A stretch of 64,000 nucleotides of DNA from an uncultured delta proteobacterium (GTDB taxonomy: Bacteria > Desulfobacterota > Desulfobacteria > Desulfobacterales > SG8-13), in assembly GCA_963779885.1 (NCBI GenBank), contig CAWAAN010000024.1, positions 11,776-75,775 of the forward strand, written 5' to 3'. A program made the translations under genes and the position numbers. Below the pieces are notes generated by a model. The model did not search any database. It had not been told where the DNA came from and saw nothing but the letters and a program-made list of their open reading frames with translations. Below, one piece after another: positions 57,177 to 64,000 of this stretch (within the stretch, counting starts at the first letter, position 1; every line of letters starts with the position of its first letter).

Positions 57177-57728
57177 TCACGGACTGTAGACCACCACGAG
57201 CAGCGCGGCGTTTTCCCGGCCGACATTGCGCATCTTGTGCCGGACGCCCGAGTTGAAGTGCAGGGAGTCGCCGGTTTTGAGCCGGTTGACGTGATCGCCG
57301 ACGATGATCTCCATGTCGCCCTTGAGCACGTAGACCAGTTCCTCACCCTCGTGCTGGTAGCCGACGCCCTTGTGGTCCTGCTGCGCGTCGACCGTGATCT
57401 TGAAGGCCTTGAGGTGTTTGTGCTCGGCCCCGGGTGTCAGGGTCGTGTAGGCATAATTCTCGGTGCGCGTGCTGAACGCCTTGATCCGCTTTTCCAGATT
57501 GGCTTCCTCTTCCCGCAGCAGGAAACCGGCGTCGAGTTCAAGCGCGCGCGAAATTTGGAGCAGCGCGCCAACCGGCGGAATCTCCTTGCCGGATTCGATT
57601 TCTTTCAAGTAGTCGGTCGCGAAACCGGTTTCGTTCGCCAGCTGGTCGAAGGTGACCTTTTTGGCGGTCCGCGCTTTTTTTATTCGCTTTCCGACCGGTG
57701 CCAGCTTATCTGTTTTTTTCTTCGGCAT
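57177..57728 (-). CDS. XRE-family helix-turn-helix plus cupin domain transcriptional regulator
   Basis: Helix-turn-helix region VTFDQLANETGFATDYLKEIESG. The cupin motif is HEGEELVYVLKG...GDSLHF. Confidence 0.85.
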   Translation of the reverse strand: MPKKKTDKLAPVGKRIKKARTAKKVTFDQLANETGFATDYLKEIESGKEIPPVGALLQISRALELDAGFLLREEEANLEKRIKAFSTRTENYAYTTLTPGAEHKHLKAFKITVDAQQDHKGVGYQHEGEELVYVLKGDMEIIVGDHVNRLKTGDSLHFNSGVRHKMRNVGRENAALLVVVYSP

Positions 57729-58166
57729 ACCCCCTCCTCTTTGACGCCCGCCGGCAGCGCCGCCCATTGCCGCCCCTGCCGCGTGTCCACCCCGGCGGCA
57801 GAACGTGCCTTTTTTCCTCTGGACGCATTTTTTAACCCTTCACAGGATTGCAAAGTCCGATGCGCTGCGAACTATCCCACTGTCAGCATTCACAAGGTGC
57901 CGCAGATGCCAGGCGTCGGGCACGCCGGCGTACTTTGGGACGTAAAGTGCCCGACAACAACGCCGATGCGGTGCGCTGTGGACGCTGAACGATTTTTGGC
58001 CTGTCGCACTTCTATAGCAGCCGCCTGCCATCCCCGCAATCCTCTTTCCGCGGGCAGTGTTGCCAGTCGTTGGTCGATGGGTTATTTTACTTGTCACCGG
58101 GTATCTTAAAGCCTATAGAAGTTCACCTTTCCCCGATCGACGGGAAATCCCTGACAGGAGTGTGGC

Positions 58167-59843
58167 ATGGAGGATGACGCTTTTTTGATCGATGCGATTT
58201 TCAACGCACCCGATTTCAAGCGGGTGCGTGACTTCGCCGACCGCGCCGCGGATGAAGAAACGCTGGCGGTGATCAGGCGTTTCAATGACATCAATGCGGA
58301 CTTTCCGGCCGCAATGCTGGACGACAAGGGGCTGATTCCGGAAGCGGCGCTGCAGCGGCTCAAGCAGATCGGTTTCTTCGGTCTGAATATACCGGCGGCG
58401 TATGGCGGCCTGGGGCTCGACCTGCAGCAATACCTGCACGTGACCGCGGAGATCGTGGCCCAAAACATTTCGCTGGGCTTCACCTCCCTGGCGCACCTGT
58501 CGATCGGAACCAAGGGCATCGTGCTCTTTGGCACCGACGCCCAGAAGGAGCGTTATCTCAAACCGGCCGCATCCGGCGACATGATATTCTCCTACGCGTT
58601 GACCGAGCCCCGCCACGGATCGGATGCCAAAAGCATCGAAACCACCGCCGTGCTGGCCCCCGACGGCCGGCACTACATTCTCAACGGTCAGAAATCCTAC
58701 ATTACCAATGCCAACTACGCCGGCGGGCTGACCACCTTCGCGCAGATGGATCCGGCAAAACCCGGCTTCATGGGCGCTTTTATCGTTGAAACCGGATGGC
58801 CGGGCGTCATCGTCGGCAAAGACATGCCCAAGATGGGATTAAAGGCCAGTTCCACCGCCACCATCGGGTTCAAAGACGTGCGCGTGCCGCGCGAAAACCT
58901 TCTGGGAAAGCCGGGCGACGGGTTCAAGATCGCCATGACGATCCTCAACTACGGGCGCATGGCACTGGGGGCGGGGTCGGCCGGGACGATGCGGCAATCG
59001 CTGCGCGACATGGCCAAAAGAGCCGCCGCGCGCCGGCAGTTCGGCGTGGCGATCGACACCTTCGAGCTGATCCAGGAGAAGCTGGTCAGGGCGGCGGTCA
59101 ACGCCTACGTGGCGGCGGCCATGACGGACTTTACCGCCGCGATGCTGGCCAAAGACCCGCTCGCGCCGGTGGCCATGGAAAGCTCGCACTGCAAGCTTTT
59201 CGGCACGACCCGCGCCTGGGACACCCTCTATGACGCCCTTCAGATCGCGGGCGGTGCGGGGTATCTGGCAACGCAGCCCTACGAGATGCGGATGCGGGAC
59301 TTCAGGGTCACCACCATTTTCGAGGGGACGACCGAAATCCATTCCATCTATCCGGCGCTCTACATGATTCGCCGCCTGGCCAAGGGTCTTAAAGCGGCCT
59401 CCCCGTCAAAGATCGGCCGGATCATTTACCTGCTCAAGAGCCTCTGCGGCCGCCGTCGCTGGCGCCTGCGCTTCACCCAGAAAAACATGGACCGGGCGCT
59501 GCGCGAAGCCGCTGCAAACGCGCGTTGGGCAGCCCTGCTGGTCCATGCCGGCCTGCTGGTCCACGGCCGGAAGATTTACACGAAAGAGTACCTGCTGCGC
59601 CGCATCACCACCCTGAGCCTTCACCTTTTCGGCATCCTCGCCGTTCTGGCCCGCATCGAAGCCGCCCGCCGCAGCGGACACGATGTGGCGGCCGACCTGC
59701 CGCTGCTCGATTCCTTCGTCGAGGAATCCCGTGTACAGTCGGCCAAAGGGGTCAAAGGGCTTTTTGCCACATCCCGCGAGCGGCTCAATCGACAAATCGC
59801 CGCAAGAATCCGTCGTCAACCACCCTCGGAAAAGCCGGGATAG
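58167..59843 (+). CDS. acyl-CoA dehydrogenase (long form with C-terminal extension)
   Basis: ACAD segments SYALTEPRHGSD and IFEGTTEI. Confidence 0.9.
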   Translation: MEDDAFLIDAIFNAPDFKRVRDFADRAADEETLAVIRRFNDINADFPAAMLDDKGLIPEAALQRLKQIGFFGLNIPAAYGGLGLDLQQYLHVTAEIVAQNISLGFTSLAHLSIGTKGIVLFGTDAQKERYLKPAASGDMIFSYALTEPRHGSDAKSIETTAVLAPDGRHYILNGQKSYITNANYAGGLTTFAQMDPAKPGFMGAFIVETGWPGVIVGKDMPKMGLKASSTATIGFKDVRVPRENLLGKPGDGFKIAMTILNYGRMALGAGSAGTMRQSLRDMAKRAAARRQFGVAIDTFELIQEKLVRAAVNAYVAAAMTDFTAAMLAKDPLAPVAMESSHCKLFGTTRAWDTLYDALQIAGGAGYLATQPYEMRMRDFRVTTIFEGTTEIHSIYPALYMIRRLAKGLKAASPSKIGRIIYLLKSLCGRRRWRLRFTQKNMDRALREAAANARWAALLVHAGLLVHGRKIYTKEYLLRRITTLSLHLFGILAVLARIEAARRSGHDVAADLPLLDSFVEESRVQSAKGVKGLFATSRERLNRQIAARIRRQPPSEKPG

Positions 59844-60673
59844 AGGGTCATCCCGCCATCGACGATCAGGCTGGTGCCGGTAATGTAGTCGGCTTGGTCG
59901 GAGGCCAGCCACACGGCCGCCCGGGCGATGTCATCCGGCTCGCCGATCCGTTTGTACGGCACCAGTTCCATCAGCGCCGTGTAGGCTTGTGGCGTCTGCC
60001 AGGCCGCCGTGTTGATCGGGGTGCGAATGGCTCCCGGGGCGATGCTGTTGACCCGGATCCGGTAAGGCGCCACCTCCTGGGCGATGCTCTTCATCATCAG
60101 CATGACCCCGCCTTTAGACGCCGCGTAGTTCACGTGCCCGGCCCAGGGGATGATTTCGTGAACGGAGCTGATGCAGATGATCTTGCCGGCCGCACAGGAG
60201 GTTTCCTTGACCACTCCCCGGCGCTTGAACTCGCTGACGGCCGCGCGGGCGCACAGGAACTGGCCGGTCAGATTGACGCCGATCACCCGGTTCCACTGGT
60301 CCAGGGTCATGTCCTCGAACGGCGCATCCTGCTGAAGCCCGGCGTTGTTGATCAGGATATCGATGGTGCCGCAGGTCGCCAACATCTGCTGGAACATGCC
60401 CCGCACCTGCTCTTCGCTGGAAACATCCGCCCGATGGACAAAGGCGCGGCTGCCGGAGCCTCGAATCCGTTCGGCCACGCGTTCGGCGGCCGCAGTGCCG
60501 CGCAGGTAGTTGACGACCACGTCCGCGCCGGCCGCGCCCAACGCCAGGGCGACGGCCTCACCAATACCGGAATTGGCGCCGGTCACGAGCGCCTTTTGAT
60601 TTTTAAGGATTTTTTCGACCAGGCCAGCGGACATGGACTCCGCCGGCGACTCTCGCTGGTGGTTTAGCGGCAT
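59816..60673 (-). CDS. short-chain dehydrogenase (glucose 1-dehydrogenase-like)
   Basis: TGANSGIG, NNAG and YAASK motifs. Its 3' end overlaps the convergent ACAD gene by 28 nt. Confidence 0.85.
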   Translation of the reverse strand: MPLNHQRESPAESMSAGLVEKILKNQKALVTGANSGIGEAVALALGAAGADVVVNYLRGTAAAERVAERIRGSGSRAFVHRADVSSEEQVRGMFQQMLATCGTIDILINNAGLQQDAPFEDMTLDQWNRVIGVNLTGQFLCARAAVSEFKRRGVVKETSCAAGKIICISSVHEIIPWAGHVNYAASKGGVMLMMKSIAQEVAPYRIRVNSIAPGAIRTPINTAAWQTPQAYTALMELVPYKRIGEPDDIARAAVWLASDQADYITGTSLIVDGGMTLYPGFSEGG

Positions 60674-60756
60674 GTCTTCCCCTTCCTCAAAACCGGGGCA
60701 TTCGCCCCGGACCCCTTGATCCCGTCCGGCTGCCGGCACCAGGGCCGGCACCGCCC

Positions 60757-61440
60757 TCAGAGCTCGATCGTATCGCCGGGCTTCATGACGGTTGCGATAG
60801 TTTTCGTCTCTTTGCGCACGGTGTCGGCCCACTTGTCCGGGTCCTGTTTAATGACCTCGAAGGTGTCGTAATGAATCGGCACCACCTGCGCCGGCTCGAT
60901 CAGCTTGACCGCCCGCAAGGCGTCGGCCGGGCCCATCGTGAAGTTGTCGCCGATCGGCAAAATGGCCAGATCGATCCCCTCTTCCCCGATGAGCTTCATA
61001 TCGTAAAACAGGCCGGTGTCGCAGGCATGATAAATCTTCTTGCCCTGAATGTAGAACAGGAATCCGCAGGGGTTGCCGCCATAACTGCCGTCCGGCAGGG
61101 CCGAACCGTGCTGGGCCATTGTCAGTTTGACGCGGCCCCAGGGATAGTCGAAGCCGCCGCCGATGTGCTGCGGGTGACTGTTCGCCACCCCTTTTTCGGC
61201 CAGCCAATTCTGGATTTCAAAATTGGCTATCACGGTGGCGCCCGTGCGCCGGGCGATCGCGACGGTGTCGCCGACGTGGTCGCCATGGCCGTGGGACACC
61301 AGGATGTAATCGGCATCGACGGTGTCGGCCGTGACCGACGCCAGCGGGTTGTCGGTTAAAAACGGATCGGTCAGCAGTTTGTAATCGCCGGTGTCGATCA
61401 GGAAACAGGCGTGGCTGTGCCAGGTGACCTTCACGCTCAT
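60757..61440 (-). CDS. metallo-beta-lactamase fold hydrolase (UPF0173-like)
   Basis: 227 aa counted from MSVKVTWHSHACFL. Contains the SHGHGDH motif. Confidence 0.85.
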   Translation of the reverse strand: MSVKVTWHSHACFLIDTGDYKLLTDPFLTDNPLASVTADTVDADYILVSHGHGDHVGDTVAIARRTGATVIANFEIQNWLAEKGVANSHPQHIGGGFDYPWGRVKLTMAQHGSALPDGSYGGNPCGFLFYIQGKKIYHACDTGLFYDMKLIGEEGIDLAILPIGDNFTMGPADALRAVKLIEPAQVVPIHYDTFEVIKQDPDKWADTVRKETKTIATVMKPGDTIEL

Positions 61441-61571
61441 TTTATGCTCCTTCCGGTTACGTGTAGATAGTGAAGCCAATTTTGAATATAATCGACAGAA
61501 TTCCTTCAATCGTCAATAGTCAATAAAAAATCCCTCATGGACAATTCATGGGAAACTCGCCGGCAGCGGAA

Positions 61572-62009
61572 TTATATACCCGTTAAGCCCCGAATGCTTT
61601 CGGAAAATGACGTCGGCACGGCCACCATTTTTTGACGGGCGTAATCGAAAAAAACAGCGCCCGTTTTGGCGTGCGCGACCTCCTTGCCCGATGGTTTTCG
61701 AGTGACTTTGTAAAAAAAGTCGCACCCGTATTTATTAAAATCGGCCACGGCCATGAAGATGGTCAGCCGGTCTCCGTAAAACGCCTGCGACTTGTAGACG
61801 ATGGCGACATCGGTCAACATCAGCCCGCTGCCGGCAATGTCCAGTTCTGAAAACCCCAGGTTTTGAAGAAACCGCACCCGGGCTTCGTGGACCAGGGACA
61901 GCAGGGCATCGTTGCCGAGATGGTTGCCGTAATTGATGTCACCGATGCGCACCTGAATATCGGTGGAAAAAGGGAAGTTCTCGGGCAGGGGTATCGCTAT
62001 GCGGGCCAT
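61572..62009 (-). CDS. hotdog-fold acyl-CoA thioesterase (4HBT/YbgC-like)
   Basis: 145 aa. N-terminal IQVRIGDINYGNHLGN pattern. Confidence 0.75.
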   Translation of the reverse strand: MARIAIPLPENFPFSTDIQVRIGDINYGNHLGNDALLSLVHEARVRFLQNLGFSELDIAGSGLMLTDVAIVYKSQAFYGDRLTIFMAVADFNKYGCDFFYKVTRKPSGKEVAHAKTGAVFFDYARQKMVAVPTSFSESIRGLTGI

Positions 62010-62117
62010 GGCAGCTCACGTGCATCCGGTGGGCGCCCGCCGGCCACAATTGACAGGCGCCGGCGGGTTGTTAACATAAAGGCATGTAACGTCGCACTGT
62101 TTCGAAAGGGGGCCAAC

Positions 62118-62501
62118 ATGCCAATCAGTCGTCGTGAAGAACCATTCTGGAACCAAAAAAAAACGGACTTCTTTTTGTGGACGATCCGGCGTCAAAGCCA
62201 CATCGCGGCCGCCCTGCAGACCCAGCTAATAGCGGCCGTCGCCGTCATGCTGCTAATCACCCTCCTGCTGCCGATTCGTCTGGAAACAGCCCTGCAAGGG
62301 ATCTTCTGCGGCGGCATGGCCGTCATCGCTCTGGTGTGGGCTCTTATCGAACGGCGCAGGTCCTGGCTGCTAAGCATCAAGGATCCGGCCCTGAAAGAAA
62401 CCGCCCATCAGGCCATGATCGCCTACCTGAAGCAACGGGCCACCGGCGATCGTCTCCCCGACAAAGGCGGGAAAGAAAATTGTTTCAACTTCCATTGTTG
62501 A
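62118..62501 (+). CDS. membrane protein, unknown function
   Basis: 127 aa. AAAGGGGG lies upstream of the ATG. Two hydrophobic helices are present. Confidence 0.5.
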   Translation: MPISRREEPFWNQKKTDFFLWTIRRQSHIAAALQTQLIAAVAVMLLITLLLPIRLETALQGIFCGGMAVIALVWALIERRRSWLLSIKDPALKETAHQAMIAYLKQRATGDRLPDKGGKENCFNFHC

Positions 62502-62508
62502 ACCGGTT

Positions 62509-62536
62509 ACGGCAGCGGGTTTCCGCCTTTTTTTTC
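62509..62536 (+). terminator. weak hairpin followed by T8
   Basis: GCGG-GTTT-CCGC then CTTTTTTTTC. The stem is only 4-5 bp. Confidence 0.3.
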
Positions 62537-62611
62537 AAGGGGCCGCTGGTCACCGGGCGCTTCGTCGCGCCGGCCCGACGATTCATCATCAGAAGGAGTG
62601 GGCCAGCCGGC

Positions 62612-62989
62612 TCAGTCCGCAAGAATGCCTTTGACCAATTTTCCGGGCAACGGCTCTTTGGTTTTTCTTTCGACCGGCAGGCGCGCGGCCTGCCAGACAA
62701 ACCATCCGCCCGTTAAGACGCAGAGATTCGTGAATCCCTGCGTCTGGAGGCTGTGGAAGGCATCCCGGCTGATTTTGTCATCCGGCGAGGAGCAATAGAG
62801 AACGATCGGCCGGTGACGGTCATATTTGGCCGACCAGGAAACCGTGTCATGAGGGTCCTCGTGGACAGCATGTTTAATTTTCTCGGTGCTTTCATCCCAA
62901 TTCAGACGTAAATCGATCACCGCCAATCGCTCGTCGCCGAGTCGTTCTTCCAGTTGCTCTTTCGATATTTCCGATATGGGTTCGTTCAT
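62612..62989 (-). CDS. rhodanese-domain sulfurtransferase
   Basis: Active-site loop VLYCSSPDDKISR. AGGAG lies 7 nt upstream of the ATG at 62989. Confidence 0.8.
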   Translation of the reverse strand: MNEPISEISKEQLEERLGDERLAVIDLRLNWDESTEKIKHAVHEDPHDTVSWSAKYDRHRPIVLYCSSPDDKISRDAFHSLQTQGFTNLCVLTGGWFVWQAARLPVERKTKEPLPGKLVKGILAD

Positions 62990-63020
62990 GGGCATCTCTC
63001 CTGCGCCGGCTGCCGTGCGT

Positions 63021-63188
63021 CTAATCCAGGATCTCCACAATCGCGCGCGCGCAATCGGCCTTGACGTCATCGGGACCCTCGAGGTTGATTTTTTTCTGAT
63101 CGAGATCGATATCGACAATTTTACAGCCGTATTTTTCGACCACGTTTTGAACGACGGTCAGCAGCTGGGCCTCGTTGAGTTCTGTCAT
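63021..63188 (-). CDS. possible 55-aa protein upstream of the rhodanese gene
   Basis: Not in the supplied track because it is under 60 aa. My translation is MTELNEAQLLTVVQNVVEKYGCKIVDIDLDQKKINLEGPDDVKADCARAIVEILD. AAAGGAA lies upstream of the start. Confidence 0.35.
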   Translation of the reverse strand: MTELNEAQLLTVVQNVVEKYGCKIVDIDLDQKKINLEGPDDVKADCARAIVEILD

Positions 63189-63526
63189 GACATTCCTTTC
63201 ATAATGAATGCTGATAATTTAAAAAAAGCGCCTGTCCTCAACGGATTCCTCAATAAAATAGCCACCAATTTATCTTTGACAAGCCGCTCTTGTGCCGGAT
63301 CCTGATACGCATTACTATAAAGTTCAAGGTAAAGGTTTTGGCTGTGTTATCGGTCGGCGGCGTATGACGTATACAGCCGCCTCCCTCTGGCCTTGCCAAA
63401 ACCTTTATCTTAAAGACTATATTACGGTGAGAATGGTATTGATTTCCGCGGGAAAAAGGATTGACGGGCGATCTCGGCGATTTGCGGGCCGAGTGAGCCT
63501 AAATCTCAACATTTACCGGAGAGGGC

Positions 63527-63925
63527 ATGACCACTGACTGGATACCGTTTGAAGACGGCCGCTATGGCGTGCCCGAAGCTTTTCTGATCACCATCGGCGG
63601 GGCGGCGGTGGTGCTCGACAACCCCTTCATCGAGATTTTTACGGGAAAAACCGGCAAGCGTTGGCTCAAGGGCGGCAGCCTGGTTCAAAACGAGCTGGTG
63701 GTGGCGCTGCTGGACGAGAGCGACGACATCGATATCCTGTTGAATGCGGGCGAGGATGTCGCCTTCCTGCTGCGCTCGCCCGATATTCAGTCCGGCAAGG
63801 TATTTGGGCGGGCGGTAAAGTCTTCTCTCAAGTTCATACCCACCCGGCCTTGGGAGCCCCTGACGCCCGCCGAATTCAGGCAGCTGAAATCCGGGTTGAG
63901 GCTCCTGACGTCTCCGATAGCCTAG
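63527..63925 (+). CDS. hypothetical protein
   Basis: 132 aa. GGAGAGGG lies upstream of the ATG. No family was recognised. Confidence 0.5.
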   Translation: MTTDWIPFEDGRYGVPEAFLITIGGAAVVLDNPFIEIFTGKTGKRWLKGGSLVQNELVVALLDESDDIDILLNAGEDVAFLLRSPDIQSGKVFGRAVKSSLKFIPTRPWEPLTPAEFRQLKSGLRLLTSPIA

Positions 63926-64000
63926 CGGCTAGAAAAAGTCTGTCCACAAGAGGACCAAGCTTGGCGCCTTCTGCTCACCGATTGACGGATTGGGCCACGT

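Noticed and set aside
59816-59843. 28-nt overlap of the convergent acyl-CoA dehydrogenase and SDR 3' ends as a regulatory feature
   Set aside because: Short convergent overlaps are common in compact GC-rich genomes. No structure or motif is visible there.

Overview
GC-rich (roughly 60%) bacterial chromosomal segment. Gene content and the intergenic repeat families suggest a Desulfobacterota/deltaproteobacterial anaerobe, but this is inference only.

I support about 60 protein-coding genes. I found no tRNA, rRNA, CRISPR array, transposase or integrase.

Main blocks, in order:
- (1) A VapBC toxin-antitoxin pair at the left edge, followed by a SAM-dependent methyltransferase.
- (2) A minus-strand operon encoding a TPR-like giant protein, an HPD-less J-like protein, a GrpE paralogue, an atypical Hsp70 and a zinc-ribbon protein (1936-7643).
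- (3) A low-GC islet of small ORFs, then carB and an AI-2E family transporter.
- (4) A group-2-like capsule export/Kdo-linker cluster, kpsF-lipoprotein-kpsM-kpsT-kpsE-kpsD-kpsC-kpsS (14653-23979). No polymer-synthesis region is present.
- (5) A GntR-controlled tctCBA / sugar isomerase / split transketolase / 2-hydroxyacid dehydrogenase island, with a divergent FAH-SDR pair.
- (6) A glutamate synthase large-subunit gene (gltB) riddled with frameshifts, next to an intact gltD.
- (7) Housekeeping and accessory genes: a PAS-PAS-LuxR regulator, two PilZ paralogues, an NMT1-type ABC transporter, DnaJ, an FAD protein, Nudix, a parvulin PPIase, a B12-radical SAM enzyme, acyl-CoA dehydrogenase, SDRs, an MBL hydrolase, a thioesterase and a rhodanese.

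The most unusual signal is not a gene. It is a roughly 245-nt composite repeat made of long imperfect hairpins whose arms are 6-nt-phased CGT/ACG arrays. It occurs at three loci (about 1508-1956, 14440-14640 and 15925-16400). Two of these bracket kpsS, and one fills the kpsC-kpsS intercistronic gap.

Other repeat families are also recorded:
- 9-nt tandem GGCTCAACC-type arrays.
- GTAGGGGC...GCCCCTAC palindromes.
- TGTTGGGTTTCG-type inverted copies.
- A GGGGGA-rich MITE-like insert.

All functional calls come from reading the supplied translations for family motifs. No database search was run.
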